24,382 bases of DNA from a virus. Its lineage: Duplodnaviria > Caudoviricetes. Within the stretch, counting starts at the first letter, position 1. Every line of letters starts with the position of its first letter. The notes under the pieces are model-generated. The model had not been told where the DNA came from and did not search any database. It worked only from the letters and a program-made list of their open reading frames with translations. The position numbers and the translations under genes are program-made. Shown here one piece after another: positions 1 through 7,686 of the stretch. Location: positions 1-24,382 of the IMG/VR virus record IMGVR_UViG_3300017766_003270; one strand, given 5' to 3'.

Positions 1-1
1 C

Positions 2-1132
2 GGTAACGTTGGATTGTCGGCGCTTGAAGATGCGTTAGCGGCACAAAATGCGGCAGGTGCGTTATCAAACAAGGTTCGGCAGCAAAATGCCATACTGGCC
101 AAACAGTTGCGCAAAGTATCCGGTACGGCGGAGGATATTGACGCAGCAACGGCGGCAGTTCAAGAGCAAAGCGCAAAACGCTATGAAGCGGCACGCAAAG
201 CCGGATTTGTGCCACAAACTTACAGCCCAGAGGCACAACAGAACATTAAAAAGTTCATGGAAAGGATACCTAACGAACTTTTCCAACACGCGCAAAAGTT
301 AGCCCAAGTAGAAGGGATTGAGTTAACGGAAAAAACAGCGGTTCAAGGGTTGCATTGGTTAAAAGAAGCGATCGATGATGTTATAAGCAAAGCAGCAAAT
401 CAAGGAAATAACAGAGTTGCTAATGCTTATATGAGCTTAAAAAACGATTTATTAACAGGGTTAGAAAATATGCAGCCCTTGTATAAGACCGCCCGAGAAG
501 CACACGCCGCGGCGATGAAGCCTATTAATCAGATGCAGGTAGGGAAATATCTGGAAGAAAAACTTATCCCCGCAGGTTCAACAGAAATCCCCGAGCGTTT
601 GAATTACAGAGCGTTGGCGCAGCAGTTGCGCAACCCAGACATACTTGCACAACGTGCGACCGGATTTAGCGGGGCAACGTTAGAAAATACTCTCACACCC
701 AAACAGATAAGTTCGATAAAAGGCGCAGCGACCGACGCAGCGACTATCGCCGACAGTATGCAGCGAGCGGTCGGAGCTTCAGGACAATCAGCAACGGCAC
801 GCAGATTGGCGACGGGCGGGATACTGGCGCAGCATTTAGCCAACGAAGCGCCAATTACATCAAAGGTACTTCAATTCCTAAGTAACGCCCCTGGCGTTGG
901 TGTGGTGGGCAGAGCAACCGGCATGGTTAGTGATTTGATAACCAAGCCGATTGAAAGTAACATCTTAAGAAACGTGGATGAGATGTTGGCCAACAACCCC
1001 AAAAAAGTTGCCGATTTGATTGCCAAAGAAATCGGGACTATGGACATGCCAACACGCGAGAAAGTTCTAAGCGCATTACCGCAAGCGGTAGTCAAAGCAT
1101 TACCCGCCACAATTGCATCAATGAAGGAATAA
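2..1132 (+). CDS. Virion/DNA-ejection-type protein, C-terminal part (5' truncated)
   Basis: Frame is open from the window edge; Ala/Gln-rich helical protein lying just before the tail fibre gene, the usual position of podovirus ejection proteins. Confidence 0.55.
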   Translation, partial: GNVGLSALEDALAAQNAAGALSNKVRQQNAILAKQLRKVSGTAEDIDAATAAVQEQSAKRYEAARKAGFVPQTYSPEAQQNIKKFMERIPNELFQHAQKLAQVEGIELTEKTAVQGLHWLKEAIDDVISKAANQGNNRVANAYMSLKNDLLTGLENMQPLYKTAREAHAAAMKPINQMQVGKYLEEKLIPAGSTEIPERLNYRALAQQLRNPDILAQRATGFSGATLENTLTPKQISSIKGAATDAATIADSMQRAVGASGQSATARRLATGGILAQHLANEAPITSKVLQFLSNAPGVGVVGRATGMVSDLITKPIESNILRNVDEMLANNPKKVADLIAKEIGTMDMPTREKVLSALPQAVVKALPATIASMKE

Positions 1133-1133
1133 C

Positions 1134-1502
1134 ATGATAGGCCAATTTATAGCAGTTCTGTTTTTAGCCAGAGACATAGCGCACCGAGAGCATTTGCGAG
1201 TGTCGGGGCGTGGTTCATACGCCAAGCACCAAGCATTAGGCGCATTTTACGAAGAGGTAATAGGCCTTGCCGATTCGCTGGCCGAGGCATATCAAGGCCG
1301 CCACGGAATCATCAAAAACATTGCCTTTCTTGATAACGAATTTCCAGGCGAGATAGTAACAAGCCTTAAAAACCAATTGAAATACTTGGAAGCAAACAGA
1401 TACAAGGCCGTACAACGAGAGGAAACGGCATTGAACAACATTATTGATGAAATAGTGGTGTTATACCTATCGACGCTTTACAAACTAGAAAATTTGGAGT
1501 AA
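1134..1502 (+). CDS. Ferritin/Dps-like four-helix protein (DUF5856-like)
   Basis: Motifs AHxxH...SYAxHxALGxFY...DxLAExYQG...NIIDEI...TLYKL. Confidence 0.7.
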   Translation: MIGQFIAVLFLARDIAHREHLRVSGRGSYAKHQALGAFYEEVIGLADSLAEAYQGRHGIIKNIAFLDNEFPGEIVTSLKNQLKYLEANRYKAVQREETALNNIIDEIVVLYLSTLYKLENLE

Positions 1503-1505
1503 ACC

Positions 1506-2669
1506 ATGCCCCGTAACGGATCAGGACAATACATCCCATTAACAAACACATGGAACCCCCCAGTAACGGGAGTTTTGGCAACGGGCGCAGATTTTCAAGC
1601 GCAATTAACAGACATAGCCGCAGCCATTACGCAGAGCTTTAGCAAAGACGGGCAGACACCCATGACGGGCAGTTTGCCCATGAACAATAACAGCATAATA
1701 GGTGTAGCCGCAGGCACAGCCGCAGGCCCCTCAATTTCCCCCACAGGCGACACTAATACTGGCGTGTATTTCCCCGCCGCTGACCAAGTGGCAATTAGTA
1801 CGGGTGGAGCGCAAAGGGTAGTTGTTGATGCAAGTGGGAATGTTGGGGTAGGTGTTACGCCGAGTTCCGCACCATCTGGAACTTCTATGCAGTTTGGCCC
1901 TCCTGCATCAGGGCTATTATTCTGCGACAGCAATAATACCAATTTAGCATCAAACGCATTTTTTGACACCACGTGGAAATATCAATCGACTGGTGTTGGT
2001 TCCTCACGATTTGCACAATCAAGTGGCGGCTACGGTTGGTACTCAGCCCCTGCAGGCACAGCAGGGAGCACTATACCGTTTGGCACCCCGAAGATGACGC
2101 TGGATGCGAGTGGAGGGCTTTATTTTGACGGAGCCGAGACAATTGGCGGTTTTGCTGCAAAAATCCGAATAAACCATGACGGAAATAATATTTATGGCAT
2201 TACCTTAAAAAATGTATCTTCTACTCTGGAATCTCGGGCAGCAAGTTTCCATAATTCGACAAACGCTTCAATCGGCGGAATAGTCCTTAACAACACAAGC
2301 ACTACTTATGTGACTTCGTCAGATTATCGATTAAAAAAAGACGTTGCCCCGATTCAAAATGCCATAGGTCGAGTACTTTTATTAAAACCTTGTTCATACA
2401 AATGGAAAACGGACGATTCAGACGGCGAGGGGTTTATTGCTCACGAACTTGCAGAAATATGCCCGAGTGCAGTGACAGGACAGAAAGATGCAGTTCGCAT
2501 TGTTGACATCAAAGACGACGAAGGCAATTTAATCGGAACGGAGAAGCAGCCTGAATACCAAGGAATTGATACTAGTTTTGTAGTGCCTCTACTAACAAAA
2601 GCCATTCAGGAACAACAAGCCCTAATCGAATCACTCATTGCCCGCATTGCTGCGCTGGAAGAAAAATGA
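1506..2669 (+). CDS. Tail fibre with C-terminal intramolecular chaperone (peptidase S74)
   Basis: N-terminal MPRNGSG..KDGQTPMTG anchor; Gly/Ser/Thr-rich body; TSSDYRLKK cleavage motif, GFIAHEL, and terminal coiled coil LTKAIQEQQALIESL. Confidence 0.9.
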   Translation: MPRNGSGQYIPLTNTWNPPVTGVLATGADFQAQLTDIAAAITQSFSKDGQTPMTGSLPMNNNSIIGVAAGTAAGPSISPTGDTNTGVYFPAADQVAISTGGAQRVVVDASGNVGVGVTPSSAPSGTSMQFGPPASGLLFCDSNNTNLASNAFFDTTWKYQSTGVGSSRFAQSSGGYGWYSAPAGTAGSTIPFGTPKMTLDASGGLYFDGAETIGGFAAKIRINHDGNNIYGITLKNVSSTLESRAASFHNSTNASIGGIVLNNTSTTYVTSSDYRLKKDVAPIQNAIGRVLLLKPCSYKWKTDDSDGEGFIAHELAEICPSAVTGQKDAVRIVDIKDDEGNLIGTEKQPEYQGIDTSFVVPLLTKAIQEQQALIESLIARIAALEEK

Positions 2670-2752
2670 TTTGGCTTTTGCCTGCGTTGTGTTTCAGAAT
2701 ATGGTTTTGGTGGATACCAGAAATCCCCGTCATTAAATTGGGAAACAAATGA
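2666..2752 (+). CDS. Trp-rich micro-ORF, 28 aa (MIWLLPALCFRIWFWWIPEIPVIKLGNK)
   Basis: ATGA overlaps with both the upstream and downstream genes; fills the gap exactly. Confidence 0.45.
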   Translation: MIWLLPALCFRIWFWWIPEIPVIKLGNK

Positions 2753-2916
2753 ACAAAGAAATTGCACTTGGATTAGCGAGGCACTTGTTAACTACCGCAG
2801 GCGGAGCAATGGCGGCAAGCTACGGAATTGACGGGGCAACCCTCGAAGCAGTCATTGGCGCAGTTTTGACACTGATTGGTTTTGCTTGGTCGATTTACGA
2901 CAAGAGAGCAAAATGA
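2749..2916 (+). CDS. Small two-TM putative holin, 55 aa (Pam3-gp28-like)
   Basis: Hand translation MNKEIALGLARHLLTTAGGAMAASYGIDGATLEAVIGAVLTLIGFAWSIYDKRAK; RHLLTxxGG...WS motif, two hydrophobic segments, basic C-terminus; below the ORF-track cutoff. Confidence 0.8.
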   Translation: MNKEIALGLARHLLTTAGGAMAASYGIDGATLEAVIGAVLTLIGFAWSIYDKRAK

Positions 2917-2972
2917 TTTTGCTCATGCCGTTGGCGGTTTGGCATTTTTGTTTGTTTTGGTTTTGGTGGTAA
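2913..2972 (+). CDS. Trp-rich micro-ORF, 19 aa (MILLMPLAVWHFCLFWFWW)
   Basis: ATGA overlap with the holin stop; similar to the 2666 micro-ORF. Confidence 0.35.
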   Translation: MILLMPLAVWHFCLFWFWW

Positions 2973-2974
2973 TT

Positions 2975-3238
2975 ATGGTTACAGAAACAGACATAAAAAG
3001 GCTTGAGGATAAACTGGATAAACTTACTGATGCGGTAATGCGGTTGGTGATTCTTGAAGAGCGGCAATTACATTTAAGCGAGCAATTAACGCATTTAAGC
3101 CAGCAGGTAACAAAACAAGGTGTGCAATTTCACACGCTTGATAGAACGGTAGAGAAATGGATAAACAGGGGCATCGGAGCTTGGGGAGTTGCTAGCGCGG
3201 TTTATGTTGTTGTGGAGTTGGTAATAAAACGTTTGTAA
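2975..3238 (+). CDS. Coiled-coil protein with C-terminal TM helix (XhlA-like lysis-region protein)
   Basis: MVTETDIKRLEDKLDKL...LEERQ heptads followed by a hydrophobic tail; ATG at 2975 preferred over the track start at 2876. Confidence 0.7.
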   Translation: MVTETDIKRLEDKLDKLTDAVMRLVILEERQLHLSEQLTHLSQQVTKQGVQFHTLDRTVEKWINRGIGAWGVASAVYVVVELVIKRL

Positions 3239-3288
3239 TAAAATCGGCGATATATTGCCTTTTGGTTAAGCAGTACAAAGGGACAAAA

Positions 3289-3465
3289 GTGAAACAATAT
3301 TTGTTTGAAGTGGTTTTTTATTTGGCATTGAATGGCTTAATATTTAATTTGTTTTTAGTGCAAAAACTCATACAAAAAATAGGCGAATTTGATACGATAA
3401 ACAAAAAATTAAAAACAAAATTTGAAGCTTTAGACAAAATATTGAACACAAACAAACATGATTAA
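3289..3465 (+). CDS. Small AT-rich membrane protein, hypothetical
   Basis: GTG after AGGGA; N-terminal hydrophobic stretch then coiled coil; overlaps the nuclease start. Confidence 0.45.
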   Translation: MKQYLFEVVFYLALNGLIFNLFLVQKLIQKIGEFDTINKKLKTKFEALDKILNTNKHD

Positions 3466-3823
3466 TTTATATTTTGCATATTTATTAAACGTGACAGACG
3501 GCGACACATTTAAAGCCCGTGTACCCGTTTGGCAAAATGTTGAGATTGTTACATCCGTTCGAGTAAATGGCATCGATGCCCCTGAGTTGCGTGGCAAGTG
3601 TGATTTTGAAAAAGTCAAAGCTGAAGAGGCCACAGCAGCACTGGCGCATTATTTGCAAACGGCCAAAAGCGTAACACTTCAGAACGTCAAAGATGACAAG
3701 TACAGCGGGCGAGTTGTTGCCGATGTTATGGTAGACGGCAAAAGCCTATCATCCGAGATGATTCGTACAGGTTTGGTCAGACCGTACAGCGGCGGAACTA
3801 GGCTTGGGTGGTGTGGTAACTAG
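3458..3823 (+). CDS. Thermonuclease (SNase) family protein
   Basis: VTDGDT, VRVNGIDAPE and DKYSGRVVADV catalytic motifs. Confidence 0.92.
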   Translation: MINLYFAYLLNVTDGDTFKARVPVWQNVEIVTSVRVNGIDAPELRGKCDFEKVKAEEATAALAHYLQTAKSVTLQNVKDDKYSGRVVADVMVDGKSLSSEMIRTGLVRPYSGGTRLGWCGN

Positions 3824-3831
3824 GGGGCATC

Positions 3832-4254
3832 ATGTCAATTCTTGAACGATTCATATTCCGCAAACCGGCGCAGCAATTCAAACTATCTGGTCGGTCATAC
3901 GCTAATCTGACTGGAGTGCATCCCGACTTAATCCGAGTAATAGAGCGAGCAATCCAAATCACAAAGGTTGATTTTTGCGTAACCGAGGGGCTTCGCACAG
4001 AAAAGCGACAGGCAGAGCTTATGAAAGCGGGGGCCAGTCAAACAATGAACAGCAGGCATTTAACGGGTCACGCGGTTGACTTGGCGGCAATTGTAGGCAA
4101 GGAAGTTCGATGGGATTGGCCACTTTACGACGAACTTGCAAAGGCCATGCAACAAGCTGCAGACGATTGTTCTGTTAGGCTAATTTGGGGCGGCAACTGG
4201 AGAACGTTGAAGGACGGCCCTCATTTTGAACTTGATCGTAGGTATTACCCATGA
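3832..4254 (+). CDS. Endolysin, M15-family L-Ala-D-Glu peptidase
   Basis: LxGVHPDL, EGLRT, SRHLTGHAVD and WGGNW...DGPHFEL motifs. Confidence 0.93.
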   Translation: MSILERFIFRKPAQQFKLSGRSYANLTGVHPDLIRVIERAIQITKVDFCVTEGLRTEKRQAELMKAGASQTMNSRHLTGHAVDLAAIVGKEVRWDWPLYDELAKAMQQAADDCSVRLIWGGNWRTLKDGPHFELDRRYYP

Positions 4255-4661
4255 TTCAGATTATCACTGCACTTTTGCCACTACTCGATAAAATCTTGCC
4301 CGACGAGAAAGCCAAGGACGCTGCGAAACTTGAGGCACTGAAGCTGGCGCAAGAGGGGCAGCTGGCCGAGCTGGACGCACAGGTTAAACTGATGCTTGGG
4401 CAGATTGAGGTTAACAAGGTAGAGGCGGCGCACCAAAGCATTTTTGTATCTGGCGCAAGGCCATTCATTGTTTGGGTTTGCGGGTTTGGGATGGCTTACG
4501 CCGCCATACTACACCCGCTATTTGCATGGATAGCACTAATGAACGGCGCACCAACACCACCGCAATTAGATTCAGATGTTCTGATGTATGTTCTCGGCGG
4601 AATTTTAGGACTTGGTGGCTACCGAACTTTTGAGAAAACAAAGGGGGTAGCCTCAAAATAA
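4251..4661 (+). CDS. Holin, GTA 3TM family
   Basis: INKxEAxxxSxFVSGxRPFIxWVCG and LGLGGxRTFEK motifs; overlaps the endolysin stop. Confidence 0.88.
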   Translation: MIQIITALLPLLDKILPDEKAKDAAKLEALKLAQEGQLAELDAQVKLMLGQIEVNKVEAAHQSIFVSGARPFIVWVCGFGMAYAAILHPLFAWIALMNGAPTPPQLDSDVLMYVLGGILGLGGYRTFEKTKGVASK

Positions 4662-4680
4662 CCCCACTTTTTCGCCTAAC

Positions 4681-4815
4681 TTAATTCGCCATCCGCTCAA
4701 GCGCAAGGCGCACCAGTTCCACCAACTTGTCGAGATTTTCGACATGTTGGCGTGAGTGGTCAAACGGGAATTTGAGCGTTTGCGCCAGTTCGTTAATAGT
4801 GGCACGGTCAATCAT
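4681..4815 (-). CDS. Hypothetical protein, 44 aa (MIDRATINELAQTLKFPFD...)
   Basis: ATGA overlap with the upstream gene and GAGG SD; last gene of the leftward operon. Confidence 0.6.
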   Translation of the reverse strand: MIDRATINELAQTLKFPFDHSRQHVENLDKLVELVRLALERMAN

Positions 4816-5003
4816 TTATGCACCTCTTTTGAGAAAAAACAGCCTTGATTGTCGGGTTCAACATACCCTTTTGCAGAATGGTAGCCTTCGCCGCACCCCA
4901 TAACCCAATCCGACAGCGCAGCAGCCAAAAACGCCATTGTTACAACGCAGGCCAAAATTAGCCCGAGTCTTTGAAACACGTTAATAATCAATCTTTTCAT
5001 CAT
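4812..5003 (-). CDS. Small membrane protein, hypothetical
   Basis: GGAGG SD before ATG 5003; one TM segment followed by WxxGCGE. Confidence 0.65.
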   Translation of the reverse strand: MMKRLIINVFQRLGLILACVVTMAFLAAALSDWVMGCGEGYHSAKGYVEPDNQGCFFSKEVHK

Positions 5004-5089
5004 TTCCTCCAAATAAAAACCTCGAACGGCCAACAGCAGACCGAGAATCCACCATGTCGTTTGCCGATCGCAAAATACACATCATGCAT
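5000..5089 (-). CDS. Possible 29-aa micro-ORF (MHDVYFAIGKRHGGFSVCCWPFEVFIWRK)
   Basis: Fills the gap and ends in an ATGA overlap with the next gene. Confidence 0.3.
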   Translation of the reverse strand: MHDVYFAIGKRHGGFSVCCWPFEVFIWRK

Positions 5090-5099
5090 CCGGAACCAT

Positions 5100-5381
5100 T
5101 TAATATGGAATTTGGGCATCTTCATCATCCTCAATTTTTGATTTGCGCATTGCACGCTCAAGCAGGTCGGTGATATAAACTTTATCCTCTTTTGTCATGC
5201 GCTTTTCCAGCCACGTAGCCCGCACCGAGTCATCTTTGTGCCAGCGTAGTTCAAACTCCACATCACACCAGCCGTGGTATTCCCAATCGCTCGCAGCGTG
5301 ATAGCTGCCAGAGCCATGTTCCCCGCTCACGTGGGTAATGTGGGCATAGCAGGGATAACCTGCCACTTCTACTTCAATCAT
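5100..5381 (-). CDS. Hypothetical phage protein
   Basis: 93-aa ORF, ATGA-coupled; SYxAxSDxEYxG...WLExxM motif. Confidence 0.75.
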   Translation of the reverse strand: MIEVEVAGYPCYAHITHVSGEHGSGSYHAASDWEYHGWCDVEFELRWHKDDSVRATWLEKRMTKEDKVYITDLLERAMRKSKIEDDEDAQIPY

Positions 5382-5548
5382 CGTTCCCCCCTTTGTTTAT
5401 AAGCAGCATCAATGCGCCTCATGATTGCATCGTTGATCGCCATTTTGATAATTGCGCTAATGGTTCTTTGCTCCATTTTTGCAATGCGCTCAAGCCTTTG
5501 TCGCATGGAATCGCAAAGCCTAAAAGATATTCGTTTGTTTTGGTTCAT
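5378..5548 (-). CDS. Ribbon-helix-helix (CopG/Arc-like) DNA-binding protein
   Basis: KRISFRL beta strand, then LERIAKMEQRTISAIIKMAI helices; start chosen 7 nt after a TACAAT box. Confidence 0.8.
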   Translation of the reverse strand: MNQNKRISFRLCDSMRQRLERIAKMEQRTISAIIKMAINDAIMRRIDAAYKQRGER

Positions 5549-5584
5549 GTGTGACATTGTATGACAATAATATAAAAAAAACAA
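5549..5584 (-). promoter_or_regulatory. Sigma70-like promoter for the RHH gene, probably leaderless
   Basis: Minus strand TTGTTT-17 nt-TACAAT-7 nt-ATG; TGTCA direct repeats flank the -10. Confidence 0.6.
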
Positions 5585-5586
5585 TA

Positions 5587-6048
5587 TCACCCGATTAAAT
5601 TATCTTTTCTCTTTCGATTGCCACGCAGAATATCGAACACCCGCTTCTCAAGCTGTCGGTGGGCAGCTATCATCGTCCGCTCAGGCACAATCCCGAGCAG
5701 TTCGTCATAGGCCGCCACGAGCTGCCGAACATTATGCACTCCCTCACCATCGAGGCGCATCGGCAAACCAGATTGAACCCGCACATGAACATCGGCTAGT
5801 GACTTGATAGCGTCGTCATAAAGGCCGTCGGCATCTTCACATGCACCGATTTCTATCAAGGCTTCAACCATATTGCAGGCATAGCAGAGAATCTGCCAAT
5901 CGCTTTTTGTTGGTTCTTGTTCCAGTTCAATAGCCCGCAGAGCTTCGTAGATTTTCGTGAGCTGGTGTCGCCTGCGCTCAGGTTTCATCGGCTCAGTTGG
6001 TGACGCCATCAGCGCATCAAGCATTGTGTAGGTGGTCGGGTACTTCAT
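5587..6048 (-). CDS. Hypothetical phage protein
   Basis: 153-aa helical ORF in operon orientation. Confidence 0.75.
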   Translation of the reverse strand: MKYPTTYTMLDALMASPTEPMKPERRRHQLTKIYEALRAIELEQEPTKSDWQILCYACNMVEALIEIGACEDADGLYDDAIKSLADVHVRVQSGLPMRLDGEGVHNVRQLVAAYDELLGIVPERTMIAAHRQLEKRVFDILRGNRKRKDNLIG

Positions 6049-6352
6049 TTGGTTTTAAGTGTTGCCGCAGCAGCTCCGCTGCCATTTCGCCCTGGACTAT
6101 CTCAGTATCCCACGCACCGTCGAGGCCGTGGGTATGTCGGTGTTTTACTATTAAGCCTTCGAGCGCTTCAACTGCCATTTGTAGGATGTCGGCATGATGT
6201 GCTGGAGGCTCGCGGTATAGGGGAAAAGGTGGTGGTTGATCTTGCGGGTTGCAACGGTGCGCCAACTCCTTAGCGTTTTCACCACGAAACGCCCAAAGTG
6301 AATTGGTCCATTCAACTGCCCAACAGTAAGGCTCAGGTTTTTCAATAGTCAT
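6017..6352 (-). CDS. Hypothetical protein; N-terminus duplicated with 6349-6933
   Basis: GGAG SD, ATGA overlap; MTIEKPEPYCWAVEWTNS. Confidence 0.7.
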   Translation of the reverse strand: MTIEKPEPYCWAVEWTNSLWAFRGENAKELAHRCNPQDQPPPFPLYREPPAHHADILQMAVEALEGLIVKHRHTHGLDGAWDTEIVQGEMAAELLRQHLKPNEVPDHLHNA

Positions 6353-6353
6353 T
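6257..6353. repeat. 97-bp direct repeat, copy 1
   Basis: Matches 6838-6934 with 6 mismatches by manual comparison. Confidence 0.9.
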
Positions 6354-6933
6354 GGTTTTTCTCCTTTAATTTGGCTTCAATCGCACAAGCAAAGCTGTGG
6401 GCTTTCTGTGGCGCAATGCTGGCACTTCCCCACAGCTCTTTTATAAGCTCAATAACTTCATCATGAGTCAATCCTACAAAGCCGGCAGGAGCCTTTACAG
6501 TTCCAATCAGCTTGTCACCTTCCCAATAAACCTTGTCAAGTTCGACTTTTGATTTCAGGGCAAGCTCTTTACCCCTTTGCATCCCCGCCAGGTACACCGC
6601 AGTCAAGTCGTCATCTTGTGTCGGTTGAGCTGCCGAGGATTCCTCGGTAACTGGTGTCTCAGGTGCTTCGGGCATTACGTAGAGTTTTGTGCTTGGCTTC
6701 AAGCCCAAAATCTCCAATGCTGCACAAGATAGCAACTCCCTTGCCGTGCCAATTGGCATCACCTTGCCGGCGTTGGCAAAATGATTTGCGAGCGGCTCGC
6801 GGTACAGGAGGAAAGGTGGTTTTTCCGGAAAACAACTGTGCGCCAACTCCTCAGCGTTTTCACCACGGAACGCCCAAACTGAATTAGTCCATTCAACTGC
6901 CCAGCAGTAAGGCTCAGGTTTTTGAATAGTCAT
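6349..6933 (-). CDS. Hypothetical mosaic phage protein
   Basis: MTIQKPEPYCWAVEWTNS start; C-terminal GLTxxE...FAxAIEAKLKEKN motif typical of phage accessory genes. Confidence 0.75.
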   Translation of the reverse strand: MTIQKPEPYCWAVEWTNSVWAFRGENAEELAHSCFPEKPPFLLYREPLANHFANAGKVMPIGTARELLSCAALEILGLKPSTKLYVMPEAPETPVTEESSAAQPTQDDDLTAVYLAGMQRGKELALKSKVELDKVYWEGDKLIGTVKAPAGFVGLTHDEVIELIKELWGSASIAPQKAHSFACAIEAKLKEKNQ

Positions 6934-6934
6934 T
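6838..6934. repeat. 97-bp direct repeat, copy 2
   Basis: Matches 6257-6353. Confidence 0.9.
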
Positions 6935-7418
6935 CTGCATCCCCTAAAAATTGTTTGAGTATTTCCACTTGCTTGGCTTTCCTTTCTTTTCTAACAGCAG
7001 CATCATCAGCATAAGCAGCAGCATCAGCAGCATACGCAACATTAGTAGAATAAACAGCATAGGCAGCATAGGCAGCATAAGCAGCGGCATTGGCAGCACG
7101 TTCAGCACGAGCAGCATCAACATCTTCGTCATCCAAGGGGGTAGCATCATTGGCAGCGACATCAGCAGCAGCAGAAGCACGAGCAGCCTCCGCACTAGCA
7201 CTGTCGAGTTCCTCATCAGTCGCCAAGCCCTTTGCATACCTCTCTGCAACCTCAAAAGCAGACCTAGAAGCCTCGGGCATCAAGTGTTTGACTTCGTTTG
7301 CAAACGCAACCTTTAGCTTCACACGCTGCCGTTTATCTGCCAGTTTTTCAAAGCAACTCAGCGCATCATCTAGCCCGCTTTCCTCAAGCGTTTCAAGTAC
7401 AGGTTCTTTCATCATCAT
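6930..7418 (-). CDS. Ala-rich low-complexity phage protein (Imm5-like N-terminal region)
   Basis: EVAERYAKGLATDEEL followed by AAYAAYAAYA repeats; GGAG SD. Confidence 0.7.
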   Translation of the reverse strand: MMMKEPVLETLEESGLDDALSCFEKLADKRQRVKLKVAFANEVKHLMPEASRSAFEVAERYAKGLATDEELDSASAEAARASAAADVAANDATPLDDEDVDAARAERAANAAAYAAYAAYAVYSTNVAYAADAAAYADDAAVRKERKAKQVEILKQFLGDAE

Positions 7419-7449
7419 CTCCAGTTAAGTTGTCAAGTTTAAGAGCAAG

Positions 7450-7686
7450 TTAATCGTCACCGGAACCGTCACCGTAACCGTCACCGTAACCGTCACCGTA
7501 ACCGTAACCGTCACCGTAACCGGAACCGGAACCGGAACCGGAACCAAAACCGTCACCGTAACCGGAACCGGAACCGGAACCGGAACCAAAACCGTCACCG
7601 TCACCGTAACCGGAACCGTCACCGTAACCGTCACCGTCACCGGAACCGTAACCGTTACCAAAACCGTCACCGGAACCTACGCTCAT
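7450..7686 (-). CDS. Gly-X repeat protein, 78 aa (GDGYGSG repeats)
   Basis: ATG overlaps the DUF6948 stop (ATGA); Gly at every second residue. Confidence 0.7.
   Translation of the reverse strand: MSVGSGDGFGNGYGSGDGDGYGDGSGYGDGDGFGSGSGSGSGYGDGFGSGSGSGSGYGDGYGYGDGYGDGYGDGSGDD
7455..7677. repeat. Hexameric tandem repeat (ACCGTC/ACCGTA/ACCGGA/ACCAAA)
   Basis: Directly visible 6-bp periodicity. Confidence 0.95.

Noticed and set aside
2876-2974. N-terminal extension of the 2876-3238 ORF
   Set aside because: Overlaps the holin at 2749-2916; ATG 2975 fits better
4645-4672. Terminator at the convergent lysis/early junction
   Set aside because: Only a 5-bp GGGGT/ACCCC stem with a large loop; too weak to call
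6257-6934. Repeat pair as a diversity-generating retroelement TR/VR
   Set aside because: Mismatches are not adenine-specific, both copies are gene 5' ends, and no reverse transcriptase is in the window
7425-7670. Val/Thr/Pro repeat ORF (MTVLVTVTVP...)
   Set aside because: Alternative frame of the Gly-repeat gene; the Gly frame has the coupled start
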